From Octopus vulgaris (lineage: Eukaryota): a stretch of DNA of 64,000 bases. Shown in pieces: positions 55,191 through 64,000 of this stretch (position 1 is its first letter; every line of letters starts with the position of its first letter). Both the position numbers and the translations under genes were made by a program. Location of the stretch: the NCBI GenBank assembly GCA_951406725.2, contig OX597837.1, positions 7,068,001 through 7,132,000 on the forward strand, read 5' to 3'. A model generated the notes under the pieces. That model saw only the letters and a program-made list of their open reading frames with translations, was not told the origin of the DNA and ran no database searches.

Positions 55191-56184
55191 TTAGCTAGCA
55201 CCTTCCTCTTATAATCTGTCCGTGATAGGATAAGTATATACATTTAGCTATCCATCAGGTTCGTATCCTACTTCACAACCGCTTTATAAATAGCCGATCT
55301 CTGTTGTTGATTGAGTGAGGAAACCGGTTATATCAAACGGTCTGTCAGGAAACTCCCTACTTTTCTTTTTTTCTGCACATCAGTAATATATGCAAACAAA
55401 ATAATAAGACATTACTAAAACTTGATCTTGTACATTCCCGACTGATGCTATGTACACCAGCATATCGAAATCCAACATTATGTCCCGACTTAAGGTAATA
55501 TATATATACATATTTCTCTCTTTAATATCTTCTGCATTTTTCTATTCTTTTCTGTCTCCTTCACATAGATATTGTTGTCAGAGAAATAATTAGTTTTGCT
55601 TTCTGTTTTCTAAATTTTTATTGATAACCTACCGTGAAAATAAAACTACGATGTTTTAAAATGATTTGAGAGGTATGCTGTCAAACACATATTTATCTGT
55701 TATACAACGTACATACAAATACAAATATGTGTGTGCGTGCGTTTGTGTGTGTATTCATGTGTGTTTGTGTATGGGCGTATACAGTTTCCAAGCAGTTAAA
55801 TAAATCCGTAAGTTCACACAGTTTTTGTATACAATTTTTTTTCCTATTTTCTATACCTTTCATGGTTTAAGTTTTAAAATAAATGAAAAGCAAAAAATAA
55901 ATAAACCAAAGATAGAAAGACAGTTATACCATAGAGAGAAAGAGAGAGAAAAAAAAACTGGAGACAGAAAGACAGAGACGTAATGAGATAGTGAGAAAGA
56001 GAGACAAAAAGAGAGACAGAGAGGCAGAACAGAAGACGAACAAATATATATAGAGACACACAGACAAAAAAAAAGATGTGAATCGCTAAACCTGTAGAGA
56101 CTTGGATTTAAATATAAATAAAGTGAGGTGAAAAAGCTGGCAATATGGCGGAACTAATGCGTCGTTATTGTTCTTTGTTATAGG

Positions 56185-56215
<31 letters not shown>

Positions 56216-56217
56216 GC

Positions 56218-56251
<34 letters not shown>

Positions 56252-56943
56252 GCTGCTGCTGCTGCTGCTGCTGTTGTTGTTGTTGAAGCTTGTAAAGACA
56301 CTTTTAAAAAATGGTCGGTGGTATGATATGCAATTAAATATACATGAATAATAGTTATCTCGCTCTTTCTTCTCTTACATTTATATATACATATATATAT
56401 ATATACACATATATATATATACATATATATATACACACATATATATATACATATATATATGCATATATCTATTTATATACATATATATATACACACATAT
56501 ATATACATATATATGTGTGTGTATAGAAATATATTTATACACATGTGTATGTATACACATGATTACACAGATATGTGAGTATATATGTATATATATATAT
56601 ATGTGTGTATTATATACGTGTGTATATTATATATATATGTATGTATTATATATATTATATATATATGTGTATATATATATATACTTATAGAAATATATAT
56701 GTTTATAGACATATATATGCTTATATAGACATATATATACTTATAGACATATATATGGTTATATAGACATGAGTATTTATACGTATGTGTGTATGTAGTC
56801 ACGTGTTTGTGTCGAAATGTTTTACACACGTATCTTACATACAAATGTAAAATGTATGTGCGTATGTATCCTTATCTAATAAATATCTATGTGTGTTCCT
56901 ATACGTTTAAGTGTTACCATGTTTATCTTTACACATGTTCATA

Positions 56944-56977
<34 letters not shown>

Positions 56978-57086
56978 AAACTGCGTCTGCATATGTGCAT
57001 GCATACATATAAACGTACGCACTCTCATATATATATATATATATATATGTATTTATATATATATATATAATATAATATATACATAC

Positions 57087-57117
<31 letters not shown>

Positions 57118-57146
57118 CATACATATATATATATACATATATATAT

Positions 57147-57214
<68 letters not shown>

Positions 57215-57225
57215 ATACATACATA

Positions 57226-57349
<124 letters not shown>

Positions 57350-57416
57350 TATATACATATATATATGTGTGTTTATATACATATATATATATATATACAT
57401 ATATACATATATATAT

Positions 57417-57483
<67 letters not shown>

Positions 57484-57977
57484 CATGTATATATACATAT
57501 ATATATATAAATATATATACATGTATATATACATATATATATATGTATATGTACATATATATGTGTGTGTTTATATATATATATATATATATATATGTCT
57601 CTGTGTTTGATCGTTTGATTGAGTATGTATGAAGTATGCATTGTATGGATGTAGGTGTGTTTAAGATATTGTTTGGGAAACAACATCATTAGATTGATAG
57701 ATTTGTCAATGAAGGGCATTAGCGTTCCATTATGTTCGAACATATGTCAGTAGTTGTTGATACGTTGTGACCGCCATCCATCTCCACCTGAATCCTGAAT
57801 ACACGACTCAAGAGCTACAAATTGGGTGAACTAGATCTTTTTTTTTATTTTAAGTAGCTGTCACTAACATTGCGTAAGACCACATGGGGATGTAGGTGTG
57901 TGTGTGTGTGTGTGTGTGCCGGTGTGCTTGTGTTGTGTGCACGTATCTATATATATGCCTATGTTGTATAATATACC

Positions 57978-58012
<35 letters not shown>

Positions 58013-58199
58013 ATATACATATATATATATAGATAGATAGATAGATAGACATTTATATGTATGTATGTGTGTCTATATATATATATATAAACATATATGT
58101 GTATGTATATATATATATATATATACATATATGTTTATATATATATATATTCACATATATACATGTGTACGCATATGCATGTGTACATACATATATATA

Positions 58200-58233
<34 letters not shown>

Positions 58234-58253
58234 CACATAGCATATATACGTCC

Positions 58254-58326
<73 letters not shown>

Positions 58327-59196
58327 TATTTATATTTATGTATATAGGCAAATATACATATGCATAATACAGGGTTACAGATCACCGTTTGACAACTGAT
58401 GCCGGTGTGTTTACCTCTCAGTAACCTAGCGGTTCGGCAAATGAGACAGATAGATTAAGTACCAGGCTAAAAAATGAATAAGTACTCGAGTCGATTCATT
58501 CGAGTAGAAATTGTTTAAGGTGCTTCCCCAGCATGGCCACAGTCTTAAGAGTGAAACAAATAAAAGATAAAAGATTTATATGTCTTGCTTCATGGGAGGG
58601 TAATTACGCCAATGATAGTAACACATGCGCTCGTTCAATATCACTTGTCTATTGACGATCAATTTGTTAAATATTTAAGCAGTTGACAAACAATAAAGAA
58701 GTGATACTGAACCAGCATCTGTGTTAGTATTGTTGGCGTAATGCCCCACCCACGATACTACAAATTTTTTTTCAAGACACGTTTTCAAGACACATTAATT
58801 TTTGTCTGTTTCTTAAATAATGATTTAACAGAACTCCGATTTTCAAAATCAGTTTCCCATCCCTCAAAATATTTGATAGGCTTACCAACATTTTCGGGAT
58901 GTTTTTTTAAAATTTTATTTTCTCATGTGCTCGGAGTCGAGGGGATTTCATTGCCTCACTTGAAAAAGATTGATGGCACATGAGACGAAAAGGCTGCTTT
59001 GGGTCAGTAGGTTCTTGATAAAACCATATTGCAAGTACTCATCGATAAACTGTCGACACTTTGTTCGACTAAAGTCGGTGCTCCAGCATGGCCACAGTAT
59101 GACTGAAACAAGTAAAAGAGAAAGAGAAAGAGAAAAAAGAGAGAATACGAAAAGTTTTGAGCCTTCAAGGCCTTTGAGACTTGAAGTCTAGTACCT

Positions 59197-59655
59197 ATGT
59201 CTTTATTGCCCACAAGGGGCTAAATATAGAGGGTACAAACAAGTACAGACAAGCGGATTAAGTCGATTGCATCGACCACAGTGCGTCACTGGTATTTAAT
59301 TTATCGACCCCGAAAGGATGAAAGGCAAAGTCAACCTTGGCGGAATTTGAACTCAGAATGTAGCGGCGGACGAAATACCTATTTCTTTACTACCCACTCA
59401 GAACGTAATGCCAGACGAAATGCCTATTTCTTTATTACCCACAAAGGGCTAAACATAGAGGGGACAAACAAGGACAAACATTGGTAATAAGTCGATTAAA
59501 TCGACCCCAGTGCGTCACTGGTACTTAATTTATCGACCCCGAAAGGATGAAAGGCAAAGTCGACCTCGGCGGAATTTGAATTCACAACCTAACGGCAGAC
59601 GAAATATGGCTACGCATTTCGCCCGGCGTGCTAACGTTTTTGCCAGCTCGCCGCC
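59197..59655 (-). mobile_element. Family M SINE concatemer with a degenerate 26-bp TSD
   Basis: One headed unit plus tandem headless units. Flanks are cctttgagacttgaagtctagtacct (59171-59196) and cctatgagtcttgaaatcttgtactt (59654-59679). Confidence 0.85.
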
Positions 59656-60383
59656 TATGAGTCTTGAAATCTTGTACTTTCATCAGAAGTCTTGTACCAC
59701 ATTTTGTTTTTGTTTTTTTTGTTTTTTGTTTGTTTGTTTTTTAGCCTCAAGACTTTTCATACACCCCTCGTATATATATATATATATATATATGTATATA
59801 CACCACCCATTATTGGCACACGTTGTTGCCGAGGTACCGAATATGCAGACATGGTAAGCAACTTTTTTTTAAGATTCTGATATGAATTTGAACATTTAAT
59901 GTTGTCGAGCTGATGTCTGACATTTCATTGGGTTACTTTGATTCGTTATTTAAAATATCATTCTTTGAAAACATTAGTACACAGTTTCAAAAACTATAGA
60001 AGAAAGAATATATTTTATGCTTTCCTTTTATTCACGTTTAATTTCTTTTATTACTAAAATGTCTAAATTATGCATACTGTAAATGGAATTATTAGTTTTA
60101 TTATGTCTGGATATATTTTAATCTTAAAAGTAAATAGCCGTGCAATTATATTGAACGTAATTCTTTGATATTTTAAAAGAATAAATATATTTTAAACGCG
60201 AAACAAACAAAAATTAAATTACTTTCTGTATAACATAGTATTTGAAACCGCGTACTGACTTTTCGAAGATATGATTTTAAAAAGTGGATTTTTATCGACA
60301 ATATTCCTAGCAAACACACGTCTGTATGCACCTGTCTTCTCTCTCCCTCCCTATCTCTCTCTCTCACACACACACACACACAT

Positions 60384-60607
60384 ATGAGCGAATTTTAGGT
60401 TAGCGAGAATGATTTTTGTGACATATTTCAACTTCCAATGGCAAACTCACTGCATTTATCGTGGAGGAAAATATTCCCTCTTATGACAAAAAAGGTGTAA
60501 AAACACCATATCTGTCCGGTGCTGTTCCCTATCGGATGCAGCGTTGTCAATGAGAATTTGCCTTTAGAAGGTAAAATATGTCACAAACATTTTAAATTAC
60601 CGCTCAT
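60384..60607. mobile_element. Old MITE with long imperfect TIRs
   Basis: atgagcg...tttgtgacatattt...ggcaaactca versus tgagaatttgcc...aaatatgtcacaaa...cgctcat. Confidence 0.6.
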
Positions 60608-60727
60608 GTCTAATCACTGCTCGGCGCTGAAATCCTAGTTATACATACAGTATATTACATAATTAATATATACACAAGCCACAATAAATTTTTGTCTGTA
60701 TAGTGGTTAATATTTCAAGTGTTTAAG

Positions 60728-61165
60728 ATGGCGAGCTGGCAGGACCGTTTGCACGTCGGGGAGAATCCTTGGCAGCATTTTGCCTGGCTTTACGTTATGA
60801 GTTCAGATTCCGCCGAGGTCGACAGTGTCTTTCATCCTTTCCAGGATCGATAAAATTAAGTACCAGTGAAACACAGTGGTCGATGTAATCTACTGGACCC
60901 CTCCTGCCAAATTTCAGGCCTTGTACTTTTAGAAAAAAAGGATTACCATTATTATTTGTAAAGCGGCAATCTGGGAGAGCTGCTACTACGCAAGACAAAA
61001 TGCTTAGCGGAATTTTGTTCGTCTTCACGTTCTAAGCTTAAAGACCGCCGTGATCGACTTTGCATTTCATCCTTTTGGAGCCGATAAAATAAATACCATT
61101 TGAACTCTGGGGTTCGATGTAATCGATAGCCCCTCCTTGAAATTTCAACTCCTTGTGCCAAAATT
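60728..61165 (+). mobile_element. Two adjacent degenerate family M SINEs
   Basis: ggcgagctggcagg head and gtcgac...tttcatccttt...gataaaat cores, twice. Confidence 0.75.
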
Positions 61166-61584
61166 ACGGAGGATTATCATTCTTATTTGTTTTGCAAGAA
61201 GACTATATTCATCTGACGTGAGATTTTACATTGAAAATATTTTTTAAGGTAAGCCAAAGTTTATATTAATATTTATTCTTCGCTTAATTGAGACTCCATG
61301 TATAATGAAACTAATATTAAATTCAAAAACTTCATCGTACTTTGTGAATAATTAAACAGGAAATCATTGATATTTTTATGATCGTCTGTATTATTTTTCG
61401 TCTTTTTTTATTTTGTCGTAATGTGATTAATTATACTGCTAAAATTAATTATAATGACTGAAATATGAAATTCTTTATGGCTAATTATTGTTATTACCTT
61501 TTTGTTGAAAACGAGTAAAGAGAATTTTAAAGGGTATTACTGAAAAGAAAAAGGTTCAGTTTTTATAAACAAATTTTCAGATTA

Positions 61585-61950
61585 TATGCATGGTTGTGTG
61601 CTTAAAATGCTCGCTTTGTAACCCTGTGATTTCAGGTTCAATTTCACTGCACAGTACCTTGGGCAAGTGCCTTCTACTACCGCCCCAGAGTTGACCAAAG
61701 CCTTGTGAGTGAATGAATTTTGATGACGGAAATTGCATAGAAGCCCGTCTGCGTGTTTGTGGTTTCCTCCAGCACCGCTCGAAACCGGTGTTTGTTTGTT
61801 TCTGTCCTGGTGACTTATCAGTTCAGTGGAAAACAAAAAAAAAAAAAGAACGATAAAAAAAGTACGGGACTTCAAAAATATCTACTGGGGTCGATTTCTC
61901 CTACATTGAGATACCTGGAACACCTCAAGGCAGAGCTGCAGCATGCTGAA
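61585..61950 (+). mobile_element. Family C SINE, degenerate
   Basis: accttgggcaagtgccttctactac...gaccaaagccttgtgagtg. Confidence 0.75.
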
Positions 61951-62268
61951 CAATATTAGTTTGCTAAATCGAGATTATTTAATAAAGTATAATGAATAAC
62001 GACACAATAGGTAAACTGTTCTATGATTCTAAACCTGTTCGAATTAAATAAACAAAAAAAGCTGGGGATGAACAAACCTGAAAAAGGCCACAGAGGTAAT
62101 CTATGGAATACTTATTACAAATTAACTTGCAGTACATTAAATTATTTCACCTGATTCTTCCTTCGACCGATATTAATTTCCAGGGGTTCGAGAAGAACAT
62201 TGGCATCGATCTTATCAATCTAAGAGGATCGGCGAAGGCCCATATACTTGTCATTTCTTAGCGAGTAA

Positions 62269-62318
<50 letters not shown>

Positions 62319-62334
62319 GATATATATTCTTGTT

Positions 62335-62698
62335 TCAATTAATTTCACTGCGGCCATGCTGGAGAACCAGCTTTAGTCGAACAAATCAACCCCGGGGCTT
62401 ATAAGCTTAGTACTTATTTTATCGAGCTCTTTCGCCGAACCGATGTTTTACGGGGATGCAAACACAGCAACATTGGTTGTCAAGCGATGGTGGGAAGACA
62501 AACACAGACACAAAAATCGATATGTGTGTGTGTGTGATGGGCTTCTTTCAGTTTCCGTTTACTAAACCCACTCACAAGACTTTCATCGGCCCGAGGCTAT
62601 AGTAGAAGGCACTTGCCCAAGGCTCCACACAATGGGACTGAACCCGGAACCATGTGGTTGAGAAGCAAACTTTTTTACCACAGAGCCACTCTTGCGCC

Positions 62699-62700
<2 letters not shown>
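62335..62700 (-). mobile_element. Family C SINE
   Basis: Reverse complement of 44983-45385. Confidence 0.85.
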
Positions 62701-62739
<39 letters not shown>

Positions 62740-63046
62740 ATCGTGATAGAGTAATAATTATAATATAATAATAATATTTATCCAACGTTATGTAGGCACA
62801 GCGCGGTACAATCCCATAAAATTTCTGTTGCAGGTTCGAATCAGTAGAAAGTAGCCAACATCATAAAATAGCTTTTATATACCTGTAAACGAACGTGAAT
62901 ATATATACATATATAAATTTCGATGGGTGAAGTAAATCGGTTGAACTCGAAGTAGAAAAGCTTTTAATTATAGAATTTTATCTTTTGTCTATAATATCTA
63001 CAACAGAAAACATGTCAAAGGCAGAAGGATGTCCATTCCTACGCGG

Positions 63047-63104
<58 letters not shown>

Positions 63105-63444
63105 ATAAATAGATGAGTGTATTTTTATTCATATATATATATATAAAACACTTCATGAACAACTTAATACAATTTTACTGACATATATATATATATCGAT
63201 GGGTGAATGAATTATCCTATATTTACCGTCAACATGGAAAATTCGATGAACCGATACCAGGGTAGCAAATTCACGTCAGAAACACCGTTGAAGCGACCTA
63301 TCCAAAGGTAGAAACTCCGGGTTCATGTGCAGAAATTTGTGTGTTATATATGAATAAATAAATAAATGGAGTTGAACGAGGATGTTAATAAAATTTATTA
63401 ACATCTTCGTTGAACTCCATTTATTTATTTATTTATTTATTATA

Positions 63445-63494
<50 letters not shown>

Positions 63495-63495
<1 letters not shown>

Positions 63496-63800
63496 AGGCA
63501 CATGGCCTAGTGGTCAGAGCAGCGGACTCGCGGTCGAGGGATCGCGGGTGCGAATCTCAGACCGGGCGATGTGTGTGTTTATGAGCGAAACAGCTAAGCT
63601 CCACGCTGCTCCGGCGGAAGGTAATGGCGAAGTTCTGCTCACTCTTTCGTCACATCTTTCCCTCGCTCTTTCCTCCTGCATCTAACAGTTCACTTGCGGC
63701 GGACAGGCGTCCCATCCAAGTGGGGGACCTATGCGGCAATGAGATCGGGAAACCGGCCCTTACGAGCCAGATATGGCTCGAGAAGGAACAAACGACAACA
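63495..63800 (+). mobile_element. Family R tRNA-derived SINE
   Basis: A-box tggcctagtggt and B-box-like gggtgcgaatctc; body shared with the copies at 46358 and 41575. Confidence 0.75.
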
Positions 63801-63840
63801 TATATACGACGTCGTGCTTGAGTGAATTTAAATTGTACGA

Positions 63841-64000
63841 TATACGTGGACTGATCAATAAGTATCCGGACTGTTACCATAGTAACGGCGCTAAAGCACG
63901 CAGTGAAGCTGCTTGTCACAAACTGACTTTGAACGCTGCTGTGTATGCGCACTAAGTTTTAACGTTCTAGCTCCTTTCTGTTGTTTACTGCAGTGCTTGG
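63841..64000 (+). mobile_element. Probable mariner 5' terminus, truncated by the window edge
   Basis: TA followed by tacgtggactgatcaataagtatccggact resembles mariner TIRs; no ORF within the window. Confidence 0.5.

Noticed and set aside
55442-55470. CTGATGC...TATG/CATA...GAAA motif
   Set aside because: A9 is changed and stems I and III are not evident.

Overview
AT-rich eukaryotic non-coding DNA, intronic or intergenic, dominated by microsatellites: (TA)n, (CA)n, (GATA)n, (GACA)n, (CAT)n and (TAA)n. The repeat repertoire suggests an octopus (coleoid cephalopod) genome; this is an inference from pattern recognition, not a search. No intact protein-coding gene is supported, and most ORFs in the track are microsatellite translations. 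Recognisable elements: a CR1-type LINE 3' end, R4/Dong-like LINE fragments, three mariner remnants, a Tigger-like deletion derivative, a tandem Helitron dimer, MITEs, three tRNA-derived SINE families, an initiator tRNA-Met pseudogene and one candidate 19-nt micro-exon. The most notable signal is a set of short non-coding elements, mostly embedded in (TA)n tracts, that carry type-I hammerhead ribozyme (HHR) motifs. Two motifs are near-canonical (25594-25650 and 34535-34610, both minus strand) and about ten are minimal or variant. They co-occur with terminal redundancy, inverted duplications and snap-back palindromes. One related copy starts at the predicted self-cleavage site. Together this points to a Penelope-like/retrozyme-type mobile RNA system. 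All calls were made by eye; repeat boundaries are approximate.
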